64,000 nucleotides of DNA from a bacterium (lineage in GTDB: Bacteria > Verrucomicrobiota > Verrucomicrobiia > Limisphaerales > UBA11358): assembly GCA_021813325.1 (NCBI GenBank), contig JAKALA010000010.1, forward strand, positions 79 through 64,078, given 5' to 3'. The notes beneath the pieces were generated by a model. It saw only the letters and a program-made list of their open reading frames with translations. It had not been told where the DNA came from and ran no database searches. A program made the translations under genes and the position numbers. Within the stretch, counting starts at the first letter, position 1. Every line of letters starts with the position of its first letter. Below are positions 18,585-28,218 of this stretch, piece by piece.

Positions 18585-20339
18585 TTATTCCTCGTGCGTG
18601 GCGGCCTGTTGAGCGCGAAGAATATCGTGCAAGGTCAGCAAGCCAACCAGCGGGCCTGCCGGATTTTCCTGGAGCAAGAGCAGTCCGGTCTTGGATTCGA
18701 TCAATTGCATTTCCACATCCCGCAGGGGCAAACTGGGATTGCAAATGGTGGCTTCCGCCAGCACGGGCCGGCGTTTTTCGCGCAGGGCCTGATTGCCTTC
18801 GATCCGGGTCAGCACGCCGCAAATTTTGCCTTCGACCACCACCGGGAACTGTGCGTAAGGATAATTTTGCAGCAACTGTTGCAGTGGTTTGGGTTCGAGC
18901 GATTGGGCGGCCACCGGCTTGGGGTTGGACAGGTGGACCACCGGTTGGTTTTGCCATTCCCGCAAGTCACGCGGTGGGACGAAGCGTTCCACCACATGCC
19001 CGTCCTGGTCGAGCAAGGCATCATAAAAGTTGAGACGGACCATGCGCCGGCTCACCGCCTGGCTGATCAGGGCGGCCAGCATCAGTGGCGGAACCAGGGA
19101 AAATTGGTGGGTCATTTCAAAGACGATCAAAATACTGGTCACCGGCGCGCGCACCACCGCTCCCAGTGTCGCGCTCATGCAAACGATGGTCAGCATCGCC
19201 ACGCCTTCCTGCGAGATGGGATAAACCAACTGCGCCAAGCCGGCAATGAGCATTCCGGTCATCGCGCCAAAAAATAGTGTCGGTGAAAAAATGCCACCGC
19301 ATCCGCCCGTGCCGTAGCAGGCCACTGTGGCGATAAATTTGGCCGCCAGCAGAATCGCCGCTGTTTGCCAGAGCAATTTCCCGGTCAACGCTTCGGACAA
19401 GTCATCGTAACCCAGGGCGAAAACGCCGAGTTTGCCCGTGTGCAAAAACACCGCCACGCCCAGACCCCAGCAAATCAATCCCCCGACGGCCGGGCGCAGC
19501 CACTGCGGCACCGTGATGACGCGTTTTTGCCGGGCGCGCAGGCCCAGGGAGGCTTGTTGAAAAGCGACGCCCACCAAGGTGCCGGCCAAAGCCACCAGCG
19601 GCACCAGCAGATAGGAGTGCCAGGTTGGCTCGCCAATGACGGCCAACGTAAACGAAGGCTGGGGACCGATGACGCCGTGCGCGACCAAGGCTCCAAGCAA
19701 GGCTCCGGTCAGCACGCTGCCCAGCAGGCGGCTGTTCAAATCGCCAATGATTTCCTCGAGGACGAACGTGATCCCGGCCAGCGGCGTGTTGAAGGCGGCG
19801 GCCAGCCCCGCCGCCGCTCCGGTGGCGGCCCCGAGGCGGCGTTTTTGTTTCGGATCGCCGGCTACGCCAGCCAGCAATGAGCCGGCCGCGCCGGCCAGTT
19901 GCACGCTGGGGCCTTCGCGCCCCAAGCTGCCGCCGCCGCCGATTTGCAGGGTGGCGGCAATGAATTTCACCCAGATGACGCGAAACGGAACATAACCAAA
20001 GTTTTTCCAAAAGGCGGCTTTGAGTTGCGGAATGCCGCTGCCGGCGGCGTCCGGACAGAACGCACTGAGCAGCCATCCCGAGATCAGCGAAGTGGTCAAA
20101 ATGATGACCAGCGAACCCCAGATGAACGTGGAATGGGCAAAGCCGGACAGATGGGCAATGCCATGCCGGTAGCAGAAATTCATGGCCACTTGAAACATCA
20201 CCGCCACCCAGCCGGCGACAAATCCATACGCGCAGGTTTTGAGAATCGTGCGTGGATTTTCCGGGAGTTTGGCCAGCCACTCGGCAATTAACTTCACCGG
20301 CCCATCCTGCCTCAAAAAGGTCCGGAGCGAAAGAATCAA
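18585..20339 (-). CDS. ClC-family voltage-gated chloride channel / H+-Cl- antiporter with C-terminal CBS pair
   Basis: GSGIPQLKAAF, GREGPSVQLAGA and GIFSPTLFFGA selectivity-filter motifs. C-terminal CBS-like repeats (FPVVVEGKICGVLT..., LVGLLTLHDIL). Confidence 0.9.
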   Translation of the reverse strand: MILSLRTFLRQDGPVKLIAEWLAKLPENPRTILKTCAYGFVAGWVAVMFQVAMNFCYRHGIAHLSGFAHSTFIWGSLVIILTTSLISGWLLSAFCPDAAGSGIPQLKAAFWKNFGYVPFRVIWVKFIAATLQIGGGGSLGREGPSVQLAGAAGSLLAGVAGDPKQKRRLGAATGAAAGLAAAFNTPLAGITFVLEEIIGDLNSRLLGSVLTGALLGALVAHGVIGPQPSFTLAVIGEPTWHSYLLVPLVALAGTLVGVAFQQASLGLRARQKRVITVPQWLRPAVGGLICWGLGVAVFLHTGKLGVFALGYDDLSEALTGKLLWQTAAILLAAKFIATVACYGTGGCGGIFSPTLFFGAMTGMLIAGLAQLVYPISQEGVAMLTIVCMSATLGAVVRAPVTSILIVFEMTHQFSLVPPLMLAALISQAVSRRMVRLNFYDALLDQDGHVVERFVPPRDLREWQNQPVVHLSNPKPVAAQSLEPKPLQQLLQNYPYAQFPVVVEGKICGVLTRIEGNQALREKRRPVLAEATICNPSLPLRDVEMQLIESKTGLLLLQENPAGPLVGLLTLHDILRAQQAATHEE

Positions 20340-20646
20340 TCGTTTGAATTCACCAACCGGCCTGTCAAGCCCGCCTAAACTAACGCCCTGAACCTGAAAG
20401 GCGCATTTGAAACCGCGAATCCCCGCGAACCGCGGATGCGGCCATGGATTCCAGAAAAACCGGCTTGCGCCCCGTGAGGGAAACGTTGCGGGCGGGCCGA
20501 ACCGTCGGCCAACCGGCTTGTTTTGCGTGGCTCGGGTGGTTCGCGACTCGTTCCAACCGCGGAATTGGGGATTCAGCGTCCGGTTTTCCGATTTGCCACC
20601 TGTGTCAATTTAAGCGATAATAAGCACCCGTTTTTACGGCCATTTT

Positions 20647-22209
20647 ATGAAACCCCAAGTCGAAATCTACGACACGACCCTGCGCGACGGCGCCCAGGGC
20701 GAAGGCATCAATTTCTCGGCCGTGGACAAGCTCCGCATTGCCGAGAAGCTCGATTCGTTCGGGGTTCACTATATTGAAGGCGGCTGGCCGGGCAGCAATC
20801 CCAAGGACATGGAATTTTTCCAGCAGGCCGCCAAACGCAAATGGAAAAACGCCCGGATTTCAGCTTTTAGCATGACGCGCCGCAAAGGCGTGGCGGTGGA
20901 GCAGGATGAACTCATGCGCCTGATCCTCGAAGCGAAGACGCCGGTGGTCACCATCGTCGGCAAGACCTGGCTGTTGCATGTCACCGAGGTGTTGCGCGCC
21001 AAGCCGGATGAAAATCTCGGCATGATCGGCGACACGATCAAATACCTGAAGGATCACGGGAAACAGGTCATCTACGACGCCGAACACAGCTTCGACGGTT
21101 TTGCTGACGAACCGGAATACGCGCTCGCCACGTGGCAGGCGGCGGAGAAGGCTGGCGCGGATTGCATTGTGCTCTGCGAAACCAACGGCGGTCGCCTGCC
21201 CGGCGAAATCGCCAAAACGGTTGCCTTTGCCAAATCCCAATTGAGTTGCCCCATTGGTATTCATACGCACAACGATTGCGGTTTCGGGGTTGCGAATGCG
21301 ATTGCCGCCGTGGAAGCCGGCGCGATGCAGGTTCAAGGCACGATCAACGGTTTTGGCGAGCGCACCGGCAACTGCAATCTCATCAGCGCCATTCCAGCGT
21401 TGCAATTGAAACTGGGCCTGCGCTGCGTGCCGGAAAAGTCCATGCCGAGGTTGAAGGAGCTTTCCGAATTTGTGAACGAGGTGGCGAACATCCGTCATGA
21501 CGTCCGCGCGCCGTGGGTTGGCCAGACCGCCTTTGCGCACAAGGGCGGCATGCATGTCCACGCCATCGAACGGGTGGCGCGCAGCTACGAGCACATCAAT
21601 CCCGAGCGTGTTGGTAATTTCCGTCGCGTGCTTGTGAGCGACATGTCCGGGCGCACGAACATTCTGATGAAAGCCAGGGAGCTCGGTTTCAAGCTTTCGC
21701 CCGAGGCGCCCGAAACGCGCGAGATCACCGCCAGGGTCAAGGAACTCGAAGCCGCCGGTTATGAATACGAAGCCGCCGAGGCGTCGCTGGCGTTGCTCAT
21801 CCGCGGCACGTTGGATCACAATCCGGAACTGTTGTTCACGGTGGATACCTATCACGTTTCAATGCGCCGCGATAAAAAGGAATCCATTTGCGAAGCCACC
21901 GTTAAAGTGCGTGTCGATGACCGGATTTCGCATACTGTGGCCGAGGGCGACGGTCCTGTGAACGCGCTCGACGGCGCGTTGCGCCAGGCGCTCATCAAGT
22001 TTTTCCCAAAACTGAAAAACGTGGCGCTCACGGATTACAAAGTGCGCATCATCAACGGCACCACCGGCACCGGCGCCAAGACGCGCGTGCTGATCACCTC
22101 CAGCGATGGCAAACGCGAATGGGGCACCGTCGGCGTCAGCGAAAACATCATCGAAGCCAGCTTGCAGGCGCTCGTGGACTCGATGGAATACGCGCTGTTG
22201 AAAAAATAA
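20647..22209 (+). CDS. cimA: citramalate synthase (LeuA-type-2 family)
   Basis: VEIYDTTLRDGAQGEGINFSAVDKLRIAEKLDSFGVHYIEGGWPGSNPKD, IGIHTHNDCGFGVANAIAAVEAGA and a C-terminal LeuA-dimerisation/regulatory domain. Confidence 0.85.
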   Translation: MKPQVEIYDTTLRDGAQGEGINFSAVDKLRIAEKLDSFGVHYIEGGWPGSNPKDMEFFQQAAKRKWKNARISAFSMTRRKGVAVEQDELMRLILEAKTPVVTIVGKTWLLHVTEVLRAKPDENLGMIGDTIKYLKDHGKQVIYDAEHSFDGFADEPEYALATWQAAEKAGADCIVLCETNGGRLPGEIAKTVAFAKSQLSCPIGIHTHNDCGFGVANAIAAVEAGAMQVQGTINGFGERTGNCNLISAIPALQLKLGLRCVPEKSMPRLKELSEFVNEVANIRHDVRAPWVGQTAFAHKGGMHVHAIERVARSYEHINPERVGNFRRVLVSDMSGRTNILMKARELGFKLSPEAPETREITARVKELEAAGYEYEAAEASLALLIRGTLDHNPELLFTVDTYHVSMRRDKKESICEATVKVRVDDRISHTVAEGDGPVNALDGALRQALIKFFPKLKNVALTDYKVRIINGTTGTGAKTRVLITSSDGKREWGTVGVSENIIEASLQALVDSMEYALLKK

Positions 22210-22288
22210 TTTCACCGCCGTGGCGCGGAGGCGCAGAGTGTTTTGTGAATTCATCTCTGTGTCTCGGCGTCTCTGCGGTTAATAAAAT

Positions 22289-25200
22289 ATGACTGAAATT
22301 CCGAAAGCCTACGAACCGCAGTCCGTCGAGGACAAGTGGTATGACTTCTGGCAGAAGCAAGGCTGCTTCACCGCCGATCCCAAGTCTGCGAAACCGGCGT
22401 ATTCCATCGTCATTCCGCCGCCGAACGTCACTGGGATGCTTCACATGGGGCACGTCTTGAATAACACCATTCAAGACATCCTCAGCCGCAAGGCGCGCAT
22501 GGACGGCAAGGAAGTGCTCTGGTTGCCCGGCACTGATCACGCTGGCATCGCCACGCAGGTGCAGGTCGAGAAGGCGCTGAAGAAGGAAGAGAAGAAAACC
22601 AAATACGATTTAGGCCGCGAGGAATTTCTCAAGCGCGTCTGGGCGTGGAAGGAAGAAAAAGGCGGCATCATCATCAACCAGCTCAAGAAGCTCGGCGCGA
22701 GCTGCGATTGGACGCGCGAACGGTTCACGATGGACCCGGAATATTCCCGCTGCGTGCAGAAAGTGTTCGTCGAACTTTACAAGAAAGGCCTCATCTACCG
22801 CGGCAAACGCATGGTGAACTGGTGTCCCGTTTCGCAAACCGCGCTTTCCGACGAGGAAGTGGAAATGAAGCCGCAGAAAGGTTTCATGTATCATTTTCGC
22901 GTGGAAGCGGTCCAGGCGGATGGTTCACCAGTGAAAGTAGCGGCGACGCCCTCGTCGCAGTCCGCCGTATCCGCGCCGCCTCCGTCGCGTCCCACAGAAA
23001 CGCCGAGCGTGGGCGCTCGGGATACCGTCGGCGACGAGGGCGTCGCAGCTACCGGCTGCGGCCCCGAAATGGACGACGCCGGGCGCCTCTGGTTGACCAT
23101 CGCCACCACGCGTCCCGAAACCATTCCCGGCGACACTGCCGTGGCCGTGAACCCGAAAGACCCGCGCTACGCGCCGCTCATCGGCAAGTTCATTGTGCGG
23201 CCGCTGCCCGCCGAATTGCCGCTGGCGCAGAAGCTTATCCCCATTGTCGGCGACGAGCATGTGGATTTTGCCTTCGGCACCGGCGTGCTCAAGGTCACGC
23301 CCGCGCACGACAAGGCGGACTTCGACATTGGCACGCGCCACCAGCTGCCGCTCATCGAAGTGATCAACGCCGACGGCTCCATGAACGCCCTGGCGGGCGG
23401 GCCACTGGCTGGACTCGATAGATTTAAGGCGCGCAAGGTCGCCGTGGAATTGCTCAAGGAGCAAGGTGCGTTCGTGGAGGAAAAACCTTACGAGAACAAC
23501 GTCGGGTTCAGCCAGCGCGCGGATGTGCCGATTGAACCGCGCTTGAGCGAGCAATGGTTTTTGAAATATCCAGCCGTGGCGCAATCCAAGGCGTGCGTGG
23601 AACAGGAAGATGAGTCGGTGGGACGCTCGCCCCGCCAGTCGAAAATACAATTTCATCCGCAGCGGTGGGCGAAAGTCTATGACCACTGGCTGACGAACAT
23701 TCAGGACTGGTGCATCAGCCGCCAGCTTTGGTGGGGACATCGAATTCCGGTGTGGGAACGAACTTTTGACTGTTTCAGTATTGGTTCTGTTTACACTTCC
23801 GTTTCTGATCTGCTTTCAATCAGCTCAAAAACGCAGGAATTCATCGGCAAAGAATCTTCCGATGTCGTGGTGATAATTGATGGAAAGCAAGTCACTACCG
23901 ACGCCAAAAAACTTTTGGATCTCGGACTTGAGTTGAATAAGACGGACGAAGAGGTGCGCGAAATCAAAGTTCAAGTTTGCACCGTAAACTCAAAAATTAT
24001 TTCAGCGTTGGAACTTGAGCGTTGGGAACAAGACCCCGACGTGCTCGACACGTGGTTCAGTTCGTGGCTGTGGCCGTTCGCCACGATGGGCTGGCCGGAA
24101 CAGACCGCGATGTTGAAGAAATTTTATCCGACCACCGACCTCGTCACCGGGCCGGACATCATTTTCTTCTGGGTAGCGCGCATGATCATGGCCGGCTACG
24201 AGTTCATGGGCACGCCGCAGTTTGCGCTGCCGGACGCCATGCCATTCCGCAACGTCTATTTCACCGGCATCATCCGCGACAAGCAGGGCCGCAAGATGTC
24301 CAAGACGCTGGGTAATTCACCCGATCCGCTGGAGCTTATTGCCAAATATGGCGCCGATGCGCTCCGCTTTGGCACGATGCGCAGCGCGCCGCTTGGGCAG
24401 GACGTGCTGTTCGACGAGAAGGACGTGGAACTGGGCCGCAATTTCTGCAACAAGCTTTGGAATGCCTGCCGCTTCCGCCAAATGCAGAGTGGCGGCGACG
24501 CCGCGTCGCCGAATTGCGCCGAGGGCGGCGCAGCCACTTTTGAAGCCGAGATTAATCCCGAGTTGCTCACTTCGGATGACAAGTGGATTCTTCTTCGCCT
24601 GGATCAGGCCATCAAGGAAGTCAGCGAGGCGTTGAACACCTACAATTTCGCGACCGCCGTGCAGGCTCTTTACCGTTTCTTCTGGAGCGAGTATTGCGAC
24701 TGGTATGTCGAGGCGAGCAAGGCGGCGTTCTTTGGCGAAGACGCCAAGCTCAAAGCGAACAAGCTCGCCGTCATTGATTTTGTGCTTGGCAATACCATCC
24801 GCCTGTTTCATCCATTTTTGCCGTTCATCACGGAAGAATTGTGGCACGGCATGGGTTTCAGCCAGGAAATGCCGGAAAATCTCGGCGGCACAACCATCAT
24901 GTTTGCGCCGTGGCCCAAACCGTTCAGTGCGGAAGAACGCGATTATTTTGGACTTGATGCCGCAGCGGATCAAATTGCCACAGCCAAATATGAACTCGTC
25001 GGGCTCGGCCGCAATTTGCGTCGCGAATTAAAACTCGACCCGGCGAAGAAGTTGAAATTCATCCTCAGACCGGCGGGCGATCTGGCCGCGTCCGAAGTCG
25101 AAGTGTTGAAATTGTTGCTCAACGCTGAAACGGTGGAAGTGGTTGGAAAAGACTGGTCGCCGGCCAAAGGCACGCCAAGCGCATCGAATGGATTGGGCGA

Positions 25201-25429
25201 AATTTATTTGCCGCTGGAGGGCTTGATTGATCTTGGCGCCGAGAAGGCACGCCTGACAAAGGAACAGGAAAAAATTCAGGCCGAAATTGCCAGGGTGGAA
25301 GAAAAACTGGCGAATCCAAACTTCACGCAAAAAGTTCCCGCCAAGGTGCTGGACGAGCACAAACAGCGCCTCGCCGACTGGCAGACCAAGCTGGCCCAAG
25401 TGAAAACGTCACTCGAAGCGTTGGGCTGA
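22289..25429 (+). CDS. valS: valyl-tRNA synthetase, unusually long (1046 aa) with two in-frame insertions
   Basis: PPPNVTGMLHMGH (HIGH), ATTRPETIPGDTAVAVNPKDPRY (editing domain), ISRQLWWGHRIP, DVLDTWFSSW, KMSKTLGNS (KMSKS) and a C-terminal coiled coil. Confidence 0.95.
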   Translation: MTEIPKAYEPQSVEDKWYDFWQKQGCFTADPKSAKPAYSIVIPPPNVTGMLHMGHVLNNTIQDILSRKARMDGKEVLWLPGTDHAGIATQVQVEKALKKEEKKTKYDLGREEFLKRVWAWKEEKGGIIINQLKKLGASCDWTRERFTMDPEYSRCVQKVFVELYKKGLIYRGKRMVNWCPVSQTALSDEEVEMKPQKGFMYHFRVEAVQADGSPVKVAATPSSQSAVSAPPPSRPTETPSVGARDTVGDEGVAATGCGPEMDDAGRLWLTIATTRPETIPGDTAVAVNPKDPRYAPLIGKFIVRPLPAELPLAQKLIPIVGDEHVDFAFGTGVLKVTPAHDKADFDIGTRHQLPLIEVINADGSMNALAGGPLAGLDRFKARKVAVELLKEQGAFVEEKPYENNVGFSQRADVPIEPRLSEQWFLKYPAVAQSKACVEQEDESVGRSPRQSKIQFHPQRWAKVYDHWLTNIQDWCISRQLWWGHRIPVWERTFDCFSIGSVYTSVSDLLSISSKTQEFIGKESSDVVVIIDGKQVTTDAKKLLDLGLELNKTDEEVREIKVQVCTVNSKIISALELERWEQDPDVLDTWFSSWLWPFATMGWPEQTAMLKKFYPTTDLVTGPDIIFFWVARMIMAGYEFMGTPQFALPDAMPFRNVYFTGIIRDKQGRKMSKTLGNSPDPLELIAKYGADALRFGTMRSAPLGQDVLFDEKDVELGRNFCNKLWNACRFRQMQSGGDAASPNCAEGGAATFEAEINPELLTSDDKWILLRLDQAIKEVSEALNTYNFATAVQALYRFFWSEYCDWYVEASKAAFFGEDAKLKANKLAVIDFVLGNTIRLFHPFLPFITEELWHGMGFSQEMPENLGGTTIMFAPWPKPFSAEERDYFGLDAAADQIATAKYELVGLGRNLRRELKLDPAKKLKFILRPAGDLAASEVEVLKLLLNAETVEVVGKDWSPAKGTPSASNGLGEIYLPLEGLIDLGAEKARLTKEQEKIQAEIARVEEKLANPNFTQKVPAKVLDEHKQRLADWQTKLAQVKTSLEALG

Positions 25430-25516
25430 AGTTTGACTTTTTCCGGCGATTCATCGCGGTTGCCGGGATGAATTTAGCGCATTTGTGAAATCGTCCGACG
25501 CGTGTGATGCGGGCGC

Positions 25517-26506
25517 TCACATGATTTTCAGCTTGGGCAAATCCTGGGAATCAATCAGGCCCACCGGTTCGTTCTTGGCATTGACCACGATGAGATCGTC
25601 GATGCTCCGCTCGTTGAAAATTTTCAAAGCTTCGGCGGCCAAAGCGGTTTCGCGAATGTGAATGGGGTTTCGCGTCATGACTGTTTTCAGTGTTTTCGCG
25701 AGCAGATTTTCATCCGCCGCCATGTGTCGGCGGAAGTCGCCATCGGTGAAAATACCCACCAGTCTGTTGCGGGCATTGACCACAGCCAGACTGCCGGATT
25801 TGGCGTGGGTCATCACCAGCAGCGCTTCCTTCACGGAAATATCCTCCCGCGCCACGGCATTGCGTTCGCCGCGGCGCATGATCTCGCCAACTTTCAGCAA
25901 CATGGCCCGACCGATGGCGCCGCTGGGATGATATTTGGCAAAATCCTTTTGCTTGAAGCCGCGCGCCTGCAACATGGCCATGGCCAGCGCATCGCCCATG
26001 ACCAGCATGGCGGTGGTGCTGCTGGTTGGCGCCAGGTTAAATGGACACGCTTCCTTGGGAACTTTTGTGATGAGCGCCAGATCGCTGTGCTGGGCCAGCG
26101 ATGATTTGGCATTGCCCGTCATGGTGATTATTTTGACGGAAAAACGTTTCAATGCGGGCAGGAGATTGAGCAGTTCTTCCGATTCGCCGGAGTAACTGAG
26201 GGCGAGAATCACATCGCCGTCGTTCACGATGCCGACATCGCCATGCAAGGCGTCAACGCTGTTCAATACCACGGCGGTGGAGCCGGTGCTGGTGAGGGTG
26301 GCGGCGATTTTGGAGCCGACATTGCCGGATTTGCCAATGCCAACAATGACGATTTTTCCGCGCCCCTTCAGGGCGGAAATGATGGCGTCAACCGCCTGGT
26401 CAAAGGATTGATCCAACTGCGAACGGACGGCTTTTAACGCCGCCAGTTCGATGTCGAAAACTTCACGGGCTTTGGCGAGATGGCTCACCCCGGCAGTTTG
26501 CCGCAA
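25517..26506 (-). CDS. kdsD: KpsF/GutQ-family arabinose-5-phosphate isomerase (SIS + tandem CBS)
   Basis: GKIVIVGIGKSGNVGSKIAATLTSTGSTAV, ALSYSGESEE and PTSSTTAMLVMGDALA, followed by two CBS motifs. Confidence 0.9.
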   Translation of the reverse strand: MRQTAGVSHLAKAREVFDIELAALKAVRSQLDQSFDQAVDAIISALKGRGKIVIVGIGKSGNVGSKIAATLTSTGSTAVVLNSVDALHGDVGIVNDGDVILALSYSGESEELLNLLPALKRFSVKIITMTGNAKSSLAQHSDLALITKVPKEACPFNLAPTSSTTAMLVMGDALAMAMLQARGFKQKDFAKYHPSGAIGRAMLLKVGEIMRRGERNAVAREDISVKEALLVMTHAKSGSLAVVNARNRLVGIFTDGDFRRHMAADENLLAKTLKTVMTRNPIHIRETALAAEALKIFNERSIDDLIVVNAKNEPVGLIDSQDLPKLKIM

Positions 26507-26695
26507 TGCCTGCGGATTTCAACCGCGAATCCGGCAAGAACTCAGGCGCCGCTGTTGGAGAATTGCCAGGTGACCGTTTGTTGTCGGCGCGAATTCGGGC
26601 GGAAAGTGTCCGTGAGGTGGCCTGCAAAAATGGCATCGCCAGACCGGGCGATTCGCGGGGCAAACACCGGGAGGAACTGGTGGAAAAACGGGGTG

Positions 26696-27757
26696 CTAAT
26701 CCGTGTTGGGGTAGGAGCCCAGGATTTTCACGAAATGGCAGTGTTTGCCGAGGTGTTGAATGGTTTTGGCGACTCTCGCGTCGCGGTAATGGCCGGCGCA
26801 GTCGATGAAGAAGAAGTATTCCCAGGCCTTGCGTTTGCTGGGGCGGGATTCAATCTTCGTCATGTTGATTTTGAATTTGCGGAAGGCACTGATCGCTTCG
26901 TGCAGGGCGCCGGATTTGTCGGCCACGCTAAGCATGAGGCTGGTGCGATCGTCACCGGTGGGCGGACTGCATTGCCGGCCTAGGACGATAAACCGGGTGA
27001 CGTTGACGGTGTTGTCCTGGATGTTCCTGGCCAAAATTTTGAGTCCATATTTGTCCGCGGCGAGGGCGCCGCCGAGTGAGGCGGAAAACTTGTCCTGCGC
27101 AGCCAGTTCGGCGGAGCGGGCGTTGGAAGAGGCTTCGACAATTTCCACGCGCGGCAGGTTTTTGGCGAGCCAGCCGCGGCATTGCGCATAGGATTGTGGA
27201 TGCACGTAAAGTTTCTTGAGTTTGGCCAGCGGCACGTTGCTCATCAGGCATTGCTCGATGTCCAGGACGATCTGCGAAACAATCTTCAAATCGCTGTCCA
27301 CGAACATGTCTAGCGTGTGGGTGACGACGCCTTCGGTGGAGTTTTCCACCGGCACCACGCCGTAATCCGCATGGCGGCGGCTCACCTCGGTGAACACATC
27401 GCCGATGGTTTTTTGGGCGGAATAGCTCAGGCTCGCGCCGAATTTTTGCACGGCGGCCTGATGGGTAAACGTGGCTTCCGGTCCGAAATACGCGATGGTC
27501 ATGGTCTTTTCCAGCGCCAGGGCGCTGGACATGATTTCGCGATAAATGGCGCGGAGCTGGTCGTTGGTGATCGGCCCGGCATTTTGCGCGCAGACGCGGT
27601 CGAACACGGCGCGCTCCCGGTGCGGCGCGTAAATTTCCTCGCCGGCTTTGAGTTTGATGTCACCAATGGCCAGCACGTGTTTGGTGCGCTGGTTGAGCAG
27701 CCGGACGATTTGGGCGTCGAGCTTGTCAATTGCCTGGCGATGTTCGGGAAGGCTCAT
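26696..27757 (-). CDS. pheA: bifunctional chorismate mutase / prephenate dehydratase (P-protein)
   Basis: CM helix IDKLDAQIVRLLNQRTKHVLAIGDIK. PDT domain TIAYFGPEATFTHQAA. ACT domain TSLMLSVADKSGALHEAISAFRKFKINMTKIESRP. Confidence 0.9.
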   Translation of the reverse strand: MSLPEHRQAIDKLDAQIVRLLNQRTKHVLAIGDIKLKAGEEIYAPHRERAVFDRVCAQNAGPITNDQLRAIYREIMSSALALEKTMTIAYFGPEATFTHQAAVQKFGASLSYSAQKTIGDVFTEVSRRHADYGVVPVENSTEGVVTHTLDMFVDSDLKIVSQIVLDIEQCLMSNVPLAKLKKLYVHPQSYAQCRGWLAKNLPRVEIVEASSNARSAELAAQDKFSASLGGALAADKYGLKILARNIQDNTVNVTRFIVLGRQCSPPTGDDRTSLMLSVADKSGALHEAISAFRKFKINMTKIESRPSKRKAWEYFFFIDCAGHYRDARVAKTIQHLGKHCHFVKILGSYPNTD

Positions 27758-27900
27758 TTACGGAAGAATGCTGAATTAGGCTTGAAGAATCAATCCGTTC
27801 CTCGGCTTAAATTCATTGACTTTGGGCGGAAAAATCCCATCCTTGGCAGCCCAATTCGCGGGAACGGCCAACCGCCGTTTGACCCGCCCCCGGAAAGGAA

Positions 27901-28107
27901 GTGAGTGCATTGACAGAGATTAAATTGAAAAAAGGCGAACCTGTGGAACGTGCGTTGCGTCGGCTGAAGAAAAAAGTCGATCGCGAAGGCACGCTCAAGG
28001 CGGTGCGCACGCGCCGCCAGTTTGAAAAGCCGAGCGCCGTCCGTCGTCGCAAGGAAAAAGTCGCCCGTTTCTCCGCCATGCTCGCCGCGCGTCACGCGGA
28101 TGACTAG
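27901..28107 (+). CDS. rpsU: 30S ribosomal protein S21
   Basis: EIKLKKGEPVERALRRLKKKVDREGTLKAVRTRRQFEKPSAVRRRKEK. Apparent GTG start. Confidence 0.9.
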   Translation: MSALTEIKLKKGEPVERALRRLKKKVDREGTLKAVRTRRQFEKPSAVRRRKEKVARFSAMLAARHADD

Positions 28108-28218
28108 GCCGTGAGTTACATTTACATTTCCCCAGCCGGGCGTGTCCGTTAGGATGCGTCCGGTTTTTGTTTTGGCCGTGGCTGGAACACCACTAAAATC
28201 TTAGAGATTAAATCGATA

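Noticed and set aside
20860-21855. 331-aa minus-strand ORF inside cimA
   Set aside because: It is an antisense shadow of a well-supported citramalate synthase gene.
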